A stretch of 64,000 nucleotides of DNA from Heterodontus francisci. Taxonomy: Eukaryota. How positions within the stretch are numbered: position 1 is the stretch's first letter; each line of letters opens with the position of its first letter. Below the pieces are notes generated by a model. The model saw only the letters and a list, made by a program, of their open reading frames with translations, was not told the DNA's origin and did no database searches. The stretch is from positions 1,302,001 through 1,366,000 of the forward strand of contig NW_027140825.1 of assembly GCF_036365525.1 (NCBI RefSeq). Reading direction: 5' to 3'. The translations under genes were made by a program, and so were the position numbers. Of the stretch, positions 36,770-49,115 are shown one piece after another.

Positions 36770-38770
36770 CCAAAGGCAGCAGGAAACACCTGTTTCAGAT
36801 AAAACCAGGTGGTGCTGCGTCTTGTTGGGTGTTGTTTTTTTTATTATTGGGAACATGTTTTTCACAAGAAGACAGGGCGAAATTTAATAGAAAGTCACTC
36901 TAGAATTTGCCTTTATAGCCACTCCAGGCGCTGCTCCACACACCACTGACCACCTCCAGGCGCTTACTCATTGTCTCTCGAGATAAGGAGGCCAAAGAAG
37001 ACGAAGATATAGAAACACAGGGGAATTGTGAAATAGACTTTACAGGAATGATATCAAAACACAGAGGTTAAAGTTATCAAGATAATTTGAGCATCGGGGG
37101 ATCTTTGCTCCACAAAGGTGAAGACTGAAGGGTCAACGTTCAGCGGTCTTTGAGAGGTTAATAAATATTTTAATATGTGAAATGAAGATCAGATAAAGNN
37201 NNNNNNNNNNNNNNNNNNNNNNNNNNNNNNNNNNNNNNNNNNNNNNNNNNNNNNNNNNNNNNNNNNNNNNNNNNNNNNNNNNNNNNNNNNNNNNNNNNNN
37301 NNNNNNNNNNNNNNNNNNNNNNNNNNNNNNNNNNNNNNNNNNNNNNNNNNNNNNNNNNNNNNNNGTGTTATGTCACTGTGTTTTCTTTCTCCAAAGGGAC
37401 AGCAGAGTGCGCTGTAGGACCATGATAAATATCAGAGTCTGGAACACACTTTGACAGTGACCTGGGAACACAACGAGAACATTCATCACCTCGGAAACAC
37501 TCCGCCCTTCAATGAGATCACGACTGATCAATACATTCCCATCGCTCCCTCTCTGCATTCCACTCTCTCCCTCTCCATCCCTCTCTCCATCCCTCTTTCT
37601 CCCTTTATTTCCATCCCTCTCTCTCACTCTATCTACCAAGCTGGTGTAAAATGAGAGAATGCCGTTATACATTCCTGTCTTTTACAGGGGCAGTGACTGT
37701 CTCTCTATCTATCTCTCGATTTCTCTCCCTCTCTCTATATCTATCTGTCTACCTGACTGTCTCTCTATCTAGCTCGATATTTCTCTACCTATCTGACTTT
37801 CCCTCCATCTCTCTATTTCTCTACCTCTCTCTATATCAATCTGTCGACCTGACTGTCTCTCTCTCTATCTATCTCTCTACCTGGTTGTCGATCTCTTTGT
37901 CTCTCTATCTATCTATCTCTCTACCTGTTTAAATATCTCTCTGTCTCTGTATCCATCTAACTCTATCTTTAGGCGATTACAGTTCGTGTGAACTAATTAA
38001 ATATACTGCAGTAATGTAACAAATGACTGTCTTTTCATAGATTTTCTATATATTAACCAGTAGAAGATGTCGTTCATCATCAATTATCTATCAAAATCCT
38101 CTATGATCTTCAATATCTGGATCACATCTACCATTAACCTTCTCTGCTCTAAGGAGAGAAACCCCCAGCTTCTCCAGTCTCTCCACAGTAACTGAAGTCC
38201 CTCATCCCTGGCACCAGTCTGGTTAACCTCCCTCTAACCTTCACTGCAAAGAGGCGAACAACTCCCAAATGTACAGGAACTCAATACATCTGGCGATTAA
38301 ACATCGAGACAGAGAGGGTGAATCAGGGAGACATAGAGAGGAAACACTCAGCATAAATGAAGGGGTCAGAGGGAGACAGAGAGAGGAAGATGCACACACA
38401 CGCGTGCGCACACACAGATACAGAGAGAAAAAGAGAGAGAAAGAATGGGAGACAAAGCTCGATACATGCAGAGAGAGAGTGAGCAACAAATAGTAAGAAA
38501 GAGAGAGGAAGATGCACACACGCGCATACACACACACAGATACAGATCCTGTTCCTCCCAATGATTTGTAAAGAGTGGGTTGGTTATTGACAGCACTCAT
38601 CATTCCTGCTCTCTCCCCTTTGCTGATTCATTGAGATTTCATTGAAACAATATTTCTACTTCACATTTCTTTTGGTTATGTTTTTATTTATTTATCTATT
38701 TCTTTCTCTCTCCCCACTGGACTGAAGTTCCCTGTTTATTGATCTCGTCCTCTCCCTGTCTCTTTCCCAG

Positions 38771-39094
38771 ATGTGAACTCACAGACTACCCGCCGCTGTC
38801 TCCAAATTTCCTGGTGAGCAGGTGAAGCTGAAATGCACCGTGGATGGTAGCAGTGACCCTTACATATACTGGTACAGACAATACCCGGGGAAGGAGCTGC
38901 AGCTGATGTTTTACTCCCTAACTGCACAAGGGGTGAACTCAAAGGGGACGGTGGAGGCTTTCACCACCGAAAGACCGACTGACTCCACGTTCGACCTGGA
39001 GTCCTCCAGCCGACGGGAGAATCATTCGGCCGTATATTCCTGTGCCTGGAGTAATCACAGTGACTCAGAGAGATGGAGCAATTCAACAAAAACC
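38771..39094 (+). pseudogene. TRBV: V9: CAWS-family V pseudogene (11-nt deletion in FR1, no recognisable leader) with a consensus 23-RSS
   Basis: cagacta|cccgccg lacks tcctccagact compared with V6; the rest reads LKCTVDG..WYRQ..VYSCAWSN; RSS 39056-39094. Confidence 0.9.
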
Positions 39095-39606
39095 CGAAAG
39101 GCAGCAGGAAACACCTGTGGAGGGTAAAACCGTTCGGTGCCTCGACCTGCTGTTCCCTTTTGCAGAGTGAAAGTGTTTATTACAATAAAAAGAGCTGAGT
39201 TAATATTGTAGTGAGATTTTAGATTTACAGGTACTGGCGAGGGTGCAATGAACGATGAATAAGGATGTCACGAGATCTCAGAATGTAACTATCTGGAATC
39301 AATGACAATAATCTGGATTTTTTATGCACTGACCCTGTGTTTACCTTCTGCACAGGGACAGCAGAGGGGGTTCCAGGACCATGGAATGGACAATGGCTTT
39401 GAAAAGGATTTAGTGAGAAAACGGAAAGAGCGGGAGGTCTGCAGATCCAGCTTGATATACATGAACAGGACAAGGACACCCACTTTGTTAGAGAAGGGAA
39501 GATAGTGTATGTGTGTGACAGAGAGAGATCTAGTGAGAGAAAGCAAAAACGACAGACAGAGTTAAAGAGACTGAGACAGAGAGGGAGACAGAGATAGAGA
39601 CAATAA

Positions 39607-40047
39607 GGGGATATTACAGGGATTGATCTGGAGAATGAAGGATTATTGTAGGGATTGATCTGGAGAATGAAGGATTATTATAGGGATTGATCTGGAGAAT
39701 GAGGGATTATTATAGGGATTGATCTGGAGAATGAAGGATTATTATAGGGATTGATCTGGAGAATGAGGGATTATTATTGGGATTGATCTGGAGAATGAAG
39801 GATTATTATATGGATTGATCTGGAGAATGAGGGATTATTATTGGGATTGATCTGGAGAATTAAGGATTATTATAGGGATTGCTCTGGAGAATGAGGGATT
39901 ATTATCGGGATTGATCTGGAGAATGAAGGATTATTATAGGGATTGATCTGGAGAATGAGGGATTATTATCGGGATTGATCTGGAGAATTAAGGATTATTA
40001 TAGGGATTGATCTAGAGAATGAAGGATTATTATAGGGATTGATCTGG
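39607..40047. repeat. 32-bp minisatellite (~14 copies)
   Basis: agggattgatctggagaatgaaggattattat units. Confidence 0.95.
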
Positions 40048-40049
40048 GA

Positions 40050-41420
40050 GATTGAGTGGGGTCAGTGAGTGGAGTCAGTGAGTGGAATCTATGAGTGGGG
40101 TCAGTGAGTGGTGTCACTCAGTTGAGTCAGTGAGTGAGGTCAGTGAGTGGGGTCAGTGAGTGGGGTCAGTGAGTGCGGTCAGTGACCGGGGTCAGTGAGC
40201 GGAGGCAGTGAGTGGAGTCTGTGAGTGGAGTCAGTGAGTGGGGTTAGTGAGCGGGGTTAGTGAGCGGGGTTAGTGGGGAGTCAGTGAGTGGGATCAGTAA
40301 GCGGGGTCAGTGAGTGGGGTTAGTGAGCAGGGTCAGTGGGGAGTCAGTGAGTGGGATCAGTAAGTGGAGTCAGTGAGTGGAGTCACTGAGTTGTGTCACT
40401 CACTGAAGTCAGTGAGTGAGGTCAGTGAGTGGGGTTAATGAGCAGGGACAGTGAGTGGAGGATGTTAGTGGAGTCCGTGAGTGGAGTCAGTGAGCAGAGG
40501 CAGTGAGTGGAGTCTAAGAGTGGGGTCAGTGAGTGGGGTCAGTGAGCGGGGACAGTGAGCGGGGACAGTCAATGGAGTCAGTGAGCGGGGTTAGTGAGTG
40601 GGGTTAGTGGGCGGGGTCAATGGGGAGTCAGTGAGTGGGATCAGTAAGTGGGGTCAGTGAGCGGGGTTAGTGAGCGGGGTCAGTGCGTGGGGTCAGTGAG
40701 TGGAGTCAGTGAGTGGAGTCACTGAGTGGTGTCACTCAGTGGAGTCAGTGAGTGAGGTCAGTGAGTGGAGTCAGTGGGCGGGGACAGTGAGTGGAGTCAG
40801 TGAGCGGGGTTAGTGAGCGGGGTTAGTGAGCGTAGTCAGTGAGTGGGGTCAGTGACAGGGGTTAGTGAGTGGGGTCAGTGCGTGTGGTCAGTGACTGGAG
40901 TCAGTGAGTGGAGTCACTCAGTGGAGTCAGTGAGTGAGGTCAGTAAGTGGGGTCAGTGAGTGTGGACAGTGAGTGGACTCAGTGAGTGGGGTCAGTGAGA
41001 GGAGTCAGTGAGTGGTGTCGGTGAGTGGAGTCAGTGAGCGGGGTCAGTCAGTGGGGTCAGTGAGTGGGGACAGTGAGTGGAGACAGTGAGTGGGGTCAGT
41101 CAGTGGTGTCAGTGACTGGGGTCAAAGAGAGGAGTCAGTGAGTGGTGTCAGTGGGTGGGGTCAGTGAGATGAGTCAGTGAGTGGGGTCACTGAGTGGGGT
41201 CACTGAGTGGGGTCACTGAGTGGGGTCCGTGAGTGGGGACAGTAAGTGGAGTCAGTGAGAGAGGACAGTGAGTGGAGTCAGTGAGTGGTGTCAGTGAGTG
41301 GGGTCAGTGTGTGGGGTCACTGAGTGGGGTCAGTGAGTGGAGTCAGTAAGTGGTGTCAGTGAGTGGGGTCAGTGAGTGGGGTCAGTGAGTGGGGTCAGTG
41401 AGGTGGGTCAATGATTGGGG
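40050..41420. repeat. 13-bp G-rich minisatellite (~1.4 kb)
   Basis: cagtgagtggggt / cagtgagtggagt units. Confidence 0.95.
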
Positions 41421-42495
41421 TCTATATCGATCGATCTATCTATCTATCTATCTCTCAATCTATCTATCTCTCAATNNNNNNNNNNNNNNNNNNNNNNNNN
41501 NNNNNNNNNNNNNNNNNNNNNNNNNNNNNNNNNNNNNNNNNNNNNNNNNNNNNNNNNNNNNNNNNNNNNNNNNNNNNNNNNNNNNNNNNNNNNNNNNNNN
41601 NNNNNNNNNNNNNNNNNNNNNNNNNNNNNNNNNTTCTATTGTTCCATTTGTCTATCCATCCATTGCTCTATCGATCCCTCCAGCTATCGATACATATCTC
41701 TATTTATCTCTATTTATCTATTTATCTATTTACTCTGTCATCTATATATATTTGTCATCGATCGATTTATCTGGCTCTTGTCTGTCTAAGTGTATATCCA
41801 TCCCTCTGTTGTTTATCATATATCTAACGTCATTGTTTACATCTCGCAGTTCCATCAGTGATATATCATGGTTTGCTATTTTGTTGATATTGTTGTATCT
41901 TCTTGTTCTCCTTCGATTCAGATTATATCAATACAATATTAATGATTAAAATGCTCCATCCACGTGATAAGGCTCTTTTCGTGAGGTAGCCTCTACATTT
42001 TAAGAACAGATTACAAGGCAGGGTAAATGGGTTCATGATACAGTTGAAAGAATGGACGGAGGATTCTGACAAGGAGTTGCACAGAGCTCCCTATTCTACA
42101 TGCCCCTGATGATTCATACAATGCAAATACGAGACAACTCCCCAGATAGGTCTCTCACTGGAACAGATTCCTAATTTGGCGGTTTTGAGCAACTGTTGAC
42201 AATTATTAACCAACTTGTCTTTCAGACACTCGGTGTCTTTTGAAGAACTTTCAAAGCATCTGGGAGTTAGGCCCAGGCAAGAATTTAACCCTTCAATTCT
42301 CGTTTAGGAGACAGGGAAAATAAATCTTTCTCAGCCTAAAACAAATAAGCCCCTTGATGCATCTTAGATAGTTATAGAATCATACAGCACTGACCAAGGT
42401 CATTCGATCAATCGAGCCTGGTCTGGCTGTTCGAAACAGTTACCCAAAATAAACAACATCATCCCTTGGCCATGGGCTGCAAGAAGTACAGAATC

Positions 42496-43196
42496 TGTTA
42501 CAAACTGCTGGATAGCACATGAACTAAAGTAACCTGAGCTCAGACACTGGCCTGTGCTGGTAAAAACCAGTTTGAACTAATTAATTTATGTGACAGACAA
42601 GGGAGAAATCACAGGAATAGAGCCTTATTTGGAAACGGTGTGATACCGGGGTCTTTGGGCCTGGGCCAATAAGGAGAAGATACGAACGAGGTGAGCAGGC
42701 CTAAACCAACAGGAAAGAGACAGCACAGTTTTGAAGAGATAAGAAAGAGAATAAGTATGGAGAATCTCAGGCATAGAACCAGCGAGAAACTCCAGAGACC
42801 AACCATTGTGGAAGTGGAAGACCCTGCGTGAGCAACGCGGTGATGACGTAAAAGAGAGAGAGATCAGAACGTCTGGCCAGCATCAGCTCTTCCCTTTCCG
42901 GGAATTATCGTTTGTTTTCTGTGACGAGGTCAGGGAAAGGTCAGAGGAACCTGGTGGGTGTGCTTATCAATTCTAGCTAGCTTTGTTATTAACTGTATAA
43001 CCCAGTTGAGTTGCATGCTTTTGTCTAACCAAGTGTATAAGCCTTATTCTTCCATTGTACAACAACGTGAATAAAGTAACTTGATAGTTAAAGAAAGGAC
43101 TGAGTTTCCTCCTCTTTGTACTAAGCCATTAACCGTAACTGGTGGATTAGGTGGAGGGTGGCTCTCCTGTAACCCCAATATCCCAAACACGTGACA
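42496..43196 (+). mobile_element. Possible solo LTR
   Basis: Begins tgttac, ends gtgaca (imperfect terminal inverted repeat), internal aataaa near 43069; no clear target-site duplication. Confidence 0.35.
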
Positions 43197-43419
43197 GCCA
43201 GAATCAAGTGGGTGAAGGGAATAAAGGGGCCAAGGGGGAGTTGACTCCGCACCACGGTTTAAAATCCTGTTCCCATCTCTCTGCATCTCAGCCCATCAGC
43301 ACCTCCTTCTATTCCTTACTCCCTCATGTCCTGATCTAATCTCCCCCTTAAATGCATCTCCACTATTGGCCTTAACTTACTCGCTGTGGTCGTGAAATTG
43401 AGCCCCCTGGTTCTAGACT

Positions 43420-45170
43420 TCTCAACCACAGAATCACAGAATTGTTACAGTGCAGAAGGAGGTCATTCGGCCCATCGTGCCCGCACTGTCTCTCTGGAAG
43501 AGAAATTCCCTCAGTCCCACTCCCCTGCCTTCTCCCCATAACCCTGCACATCCTTCCTTTCAATATAACTGTCTAATTCGCTCTTGAATGCTTCAATTGA
43601 ACCTGCCTCCACCACGTTCTCAGGCAGTGCATTCTGGACCTTCACCACTCGCTGTGTGAAAAAGTTCTCCCTCATGTCACTTTTGCTTCCCTTACCAAAT
43701 ACTTTAAATCTGTGCCCTCTCGATCCTTTCACGAGTGGGAAAAGTTTCTCTCCATCTACTCTGTCCAGATCCCTCATGATTTTGAAAACCTCCATCAAAT
43801 CACCTCTCAGCCTTCTCTTCTCCAAGTAAAACTGTCCCAACCCGTCCTTCCACTCTTAATGACTGAAACAAATATACACCTAGGCCCCTGTGCTCCTGCA
43901 CCCCCTTTCGAGTTGTGCCCTTTATTCTCTATTGTTCATCCGACCAAAATGAATCACTTCACATTTCTCTGCATTGAACCTCATCTGCCACCTGTCTGCC
44001 CATTCCACCAACATGTCTATGTCCTTTTCAAATTCGACATTATCCTCCTCATCATTCACAATGCTTCCAAGTTTCGTATCATCGGCAAACTTTGAAATTG
44101 TGCCCTGTACACCGAGGTCTAGGTCATTAATATATATCAGGAAAAGCAAAGGTCCTAATACTGATCCCTGGGGAACTCCACTGCAAACCTTCCTCCAGCC
44201 CGAAAAACCATCCATTAACCATTGCTCTTTGTTTTCTGTCACTAAACCAATTTCGTCGCCATGTTGCTACCGTCCCTTTTATTCCACGAGTTACAAGTTT
44301 TCTCACATGTTTGCTGTGTGGCATTGTATCAAACGCCTTTTGAAAGTCCATGTATACCACATCCACAGCATTGCCCTCATCAACCCTCTCTGTTGCCTTC
44401 TCAAAAAAATTCTAGCAGGTTAGTTAAACATGATTTTCCCTTATGGAATCCATGCTGTCTTTCATTAATTAACTCGTCCATGTGACTATTGATTTTGTCC
44501 CGAATTATTTTTTATAGAAGTTTCCCCACCACCAAAGTTAAACTGACTGGCCTGTAGTTGCTGGGCTTATCTTTACCCCCTTTTTGAACAAGGGTGTAAC
44601 GTTTGAAATTCTCCAGTTATCTGGCACCAGCCCTGAGTCTAAGGAAGACTGAAAAATTATGGCCAACGCGATTTCCACCCTCACTTCCCTCAGTATCCTT
44701 GAATACATCTCATCTGGTGCTGGTGCTTTATCTACTTTATGTTCAGACAGCCGATCGAACACTTTCACTTTACCCATTTTACACACTCTAGTGTCTGACT
44801 TACCTTCTCTTTCAACCAGAGGAAACTTCTTGCCTGCATCTACCCTGTCTATCCCTTTAAGGACTTTGTAGGTTTCAATGAGATCACCTTTCATTCTTTG
44901 AAACTCCAGAGCATTCAGGCCCAGTTTCCCCAATCTCTCTTCATAGGACAGTCCCGCCATCCCTGGAACAAGTCGGGTGAAACTTCTTAGCACTCGTTCC
45001 ATGGGAATAATATCCTTCCGAAGGTCAAGGGACTAAAACTGCACACAGTACTCGAGGTGTGGTCTAACCAAGGTTCTCCACGATTGAAGCAAGACTTCAT
45101 TACTCCTGTACTCAAATCCCCTTGCGATAAAGGCTAACATAACATTAACTTTCCCAATTGCTTGCTGATG
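43420..45170 (-). mobile_element. Decayed CR1 ORF2 fragments
   Basis: SGVPQGSVLGPLLF, FADDTKL, DFQKAFD, RRLRGDLMEV ORFs. Confidence 0.88.
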
Positions 45171-46024
45171 CTATATGTGAAGTCTCTACCTTCCGAAGCT
45201 CCTGCCAGGGGATATCATTTCTCCCTAACTGCTCTATCGAACGGCTGTACCTCCAGGGTTAAAGCGTCCCATTTGCTTGCTCTGATCCAGGAAAACTGTC
45301 CCAGCTTCTCCAGTCTCTCCACATAACAACCGTCTCTCAACCATGGCACCATTCTGGTAAATGTCTCTTCAACAGCCCTGGTCTAAGGATAACGATGGCA
45401 TAGTTGCAATGTCACTGCGATAATAAGCCAGAGGCCTAGGCTGATGCCCAGGTTACATGGGTTCAGGCACAGGCACACCCAGTGCAATTTAAACTTGCCA
45501 AGGACCCAGTAATGTGCATAGCCCTGCTGTAGAATAGGCAAGGAGCCCAGTGCCACACAGGTGGCATTGCACCTATTTGCCTCAGGCCACTGTTGCTTAC
45601 AACGTTTGCCAGGAGACACACGGCATCGACATCTGGCTATTCGGAGATGAAGGTGTGGATAAACTGGAATCCAGATGTCTATAAATTGGAAATCTACACG
45701 TGGCTAATGTGGGAATGCCGATGAGGTTCGTTGGGGATCTGGATATGTTCAATTGGAGATTTCTCATCAGTAAATTAGAAACTGAACAACATACATCCTT
45801 GTTGGGGATATTAACAACACTTAATCCAGTCACTCAACCATAACAAGGAACCACGTCCATTCTGATTGGTTGGGTGTTGGAAGGGGGCGTGTCCAACACT
45901 GCATCACTTCCTCATGCTCTTCATATTTTCCTCAATGATTTGTAAAGAGCAGGTTTGGACCCTCACAAGGCTTACACTCCGGTTCTCGCTGCTTTGCTTA
46001 TTTCTAAACAGCTTCAAGGGGAAG

Positions 46025-46478
46025 ATGTATCAGTCATTGGCTCTGATAATCCTTTTGCACTGTGAGTGAGTCTGAAATACCAACGTTTTCTCTAATAACC
46101 TTCCTATACTCATTCCCTCTTCCTTTCATTTCCTAGAAATCCCCTGTTTACTGACCTCTTCCTCTTCCCCACTCTCTCCCAGGTGTGAACTCGCAGACTA
46201 TCCTCCAGACTCCTGCCTCTGTCTCCAGAGTTGTGGGGGAGGAAGTGGAACTGAAGTGCACTTTGGAGGGGAGCAGTACCCTTAACATGTTCTGGTACAG
46301 ACAATACCCGAGGAAGGAGCCTCAGGTTATGTTTTACTCCACGGGTACTAATCACAAAAATCCAGAGAAGGAGGTGGATGGTTTCACTGCCGAGAGACCG
46401 ACTGGCACCCAGTTCAACCTGGAGTCCTCCAGCCTGCGGGAGAATCACTCGGCCGTGTATTTCTGTGCCTGGAGTCTT
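46025..46478 (+). CDS. TRBV: V10: TCR beta-type V gene, CAWS/TRBV30-like, open frame (leader 46025-46061, V exon 46183-46478)
   Basis: Leader MYQSLALIILLH with gtgagt; V exon SQTILQTP..LKCTLEG..MFWYRQ..VYFCAWSL. Confidence 0.93.
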
Positions 46479-46517
46479 CACAGTGACTCAGAGAGATGGA
46501 GCAGTTCAACAAAAACC
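46479..46517 (+). other. Consensus 23-spacer RSS of V10
   Basis: cacagtg, 23 nt, acaaaaacc. Confidence 0.96.
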
Positions 46518-47873
46518 CCAAAGGCAGCAGGAAACACCTGTTGGACATACAATAGCGCGGTATTTCCACTTGAATTGATGCAGGGCTATCATATTTTTGA
46601 CAATAAGAATAGACGGGTGAGAATAAAATTGAGAGCACAGGTGCAGAGGCGAAGAGTCTGGCCTCTTTCTGTGCTGATAAGCTTTCTATCTTTCTATGAA
46701 AGATTAAGAAGGGTGGCACCACACTGAGAGGTTTTCACTATCAGGAGAGAATATCAGAAAAACGATTGGGGTTTTATCCACTAACACGGTGTCTTCTTTC
46801 ACTCAGATGATCAAACACACAACTCTCTTTGTTAGGAACAAAGGAAGAGGAGTAGGCCATTCAGCCCCTTTGTCCCGTTACATAGAAACAGGAGGAGATC
46901 ATTCTGCAAATCTCGTAAATATGCTCTGCACCCTAATAAGGAGCCTCACATTCTCCCTTAAGTGTGGTGGCCAGAACTGGACGCAATACTCCAGCTGGAG
47001 CCTAACCAGAGCTTTATAAAGGTTCACTGCTTTTGGACTCAATACCTCCATTTATGAAGATCAGGATCCCATCTGCTTTACTAACCACTCTCTCAACATG
47101 CCCTGCCACCTTCAAAGATCGATGCACATGCAGCCTCAGGTCCACTGTTCCTTGCAAACTCTTTCGAAATCTGCCTTTTAGTCTATATTGCCTTTGTCTA
47201 TCCCTTCAGCCAAAATGCATCACAGCGAATTTCTCCAAGAAGAGGGCCCTATAGGACCAGTAACACACAACTGCCTGGAAAACTGTTTATGAAGAATTCA
47301 GGAGGAGGTCTCTCAGTCTTTTGGAGCCTCTTACAAAGGAACATGAGGAGGCCAATTACTCCCCTGCCTCATTGCGCACAAACAGGAGGAGGTTATTGAT
47401 CAATGTAGAGCTTGTTAGTAGGAATTGGAGAAGGGTACTTAGTCCCCCTTGAGCCGATTAATATGAACAGGAGTAAGCCATTCAGCCCCTTTGAGCCTGT
47501 TGCACAGGAGCAAGAGGAGGCCAATTCAGTTCCCCCCTCAGTCTGCACAGGTACAGGAGGAGGCCCATTCAGCCCCTCGAATCTGTTAAATAGGAAATGG
47601 GTGAGGCCATTCAGCCCCATCGAGCCTGTTACATCTGAAGAGCCATCCACATGTGACAGTTTCGCTCAGGCTCTTGTATCCAATTGGGAAATCCAGATGT
47701 GGAGATCCGCGTTTCTGATTGGCAAATACAAAAAGAGCAATTGCGAATTTAAACCATGCTAATTCCGATTGGTTGAATGAGAGAAGGGGGCGTGACCAAA
47801 CGCCCCTCACCACCTTGCTTTCCTCAATGGTTTGTCAAGATGACTTGATGAATAGGGAAAGGTCCAGTGAAAG

Positions 47874-48100
47874 ATGTATCTGTTACTGGGTCTGATGACC
47901 ATCTCCCACCATAAGGAACTTTATGAAACATAATGCTGCTTAATAATTTTCTTTACTTTATAATTTCCTTCTCTCCTTGACGCTTTCATTCCTCCCTTCC
48001 ATCCTTCTTCCTCGATAATCCAGAGTGTCCTGGCGTCATTTTCGACCCATCTCTTTCCCAGATGTGAACTCACAGATTGTCCTCCAGAGTCCCACCACTA
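47874..48100 (+). pseudogene. TRBV: V11 relic: leader with mutated donor (GT>AT) and the first ~12 codons of the V exon; remainder and RSS deleted
   Basis: atgtatctgttactgggtctg..cacc|ataagg; cccag|atgtgaactcacagattgtcctccagagtccc, then a jump to post-RSS-like cctgtgggagataaa. Confidence 0.82.
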
Positions 48101-48454
48101 CCTGTGGGAGATAAAGTTGCGCTGTACAGAGACTTGATTTTTGTGCAGGGCGATGGTGTTTGTGACAATAAGAAGGGACCCGTGTGAATAAAAGTGAGAG
48201 AATAAATATAGAGGCACTGGTAAAGATGTCACTAATAGCCTGCTTATGTTCCCTAAAACCTTCTGTCTGTCTATGAATGATTAACGGGGATGTGACCCAA
48301 ATTGAGAAGATGTAAATATCAGGAAGGAATGATCACTAAAAATATTTAGGTTTCATCTCCTGACACTATCTTCATTCTCCACAGGGACAGCAGAGAGCGC
48401 TCTAGGACCGTCAAACAGACAACAGCCTGCCCCCTGCTTATTCAGGACACAACC

Positions 48455-49115
48455 TAGGAACATAGGGAATAGGAGAAGGAGTAGGCCATTCGGCACATCG
48501 AACCGACTCATGGCTGATCACCTACCTCTGAGTCATTTCCCCCCCACTATCCCCATCTCCCTTGATGTCATTAGTATCTAGAAATCTATCGCTTTCTGTC
48601 TCGAACATGCTCAATGCAGTCAGCTTACAAAGACATCTTTGGTAGAGAATTCCAAAGATTCACAACTCTCTTAGTTAAAGAAATTCCTCCTCATCTCAGT
48701 CTTCAATGGCCTGCACCTTATTCGGAGACAGTGTATCCTGATTCCAGACTGAACACGCTATCGACATTTGTCGAGTCATGTCTTGTCAGAATTTTGTAAG
48801 TTTCAATGCGATCACCTCTTATTCTTTGGAACTCCAGAGAATACAGACCCAGTTTCTGTAATCGCTCTTCCTCAGACAAACCCACCCAGCCAGGGATTAT
48901 TTTGGTGAATCTCTGCTGCATTCTCTCTTTGGCAAGTATATCCTTCCTTCGATAAGGAGAACAAAACTGTAAACAATACTAGAGGTGCTGTCGCATCAAG
49001 GTTCTATACAATTGCAACAAGACATTTTTACCCCTGTACTGAAATCCCATTGCAATGAAGGCCAGCATACCATTCGCCTTCGGAATTGCTTGCTGCACCT
49101 GCATATTAGCTGTTA
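48455..49115 (-). mobile_element. CR1 3' fragment
   Basis: QQRFTKIIPG..LGLYSLEFQRIRGDRIETYKIL. Confidence 0.8.

Noticed and set aside
39607-40047. CRISPR-like appearance of regular 32-bp repeats (also 30440-30647)
   Set aside because: Head-to-tail tandem units with no unique spacers in vertebrate DNA; these are minisatellites.
13050-46478. Assignment to TCR gamma (CAW ending) or to IgH/IgNAR
   Set aside because: A D with 12/23 RSSs, C-beta signature residues, an 18-nt Cys exon and a TCR-type transmembrane segment fit TRB. There is only one C domain and no secretory tail.
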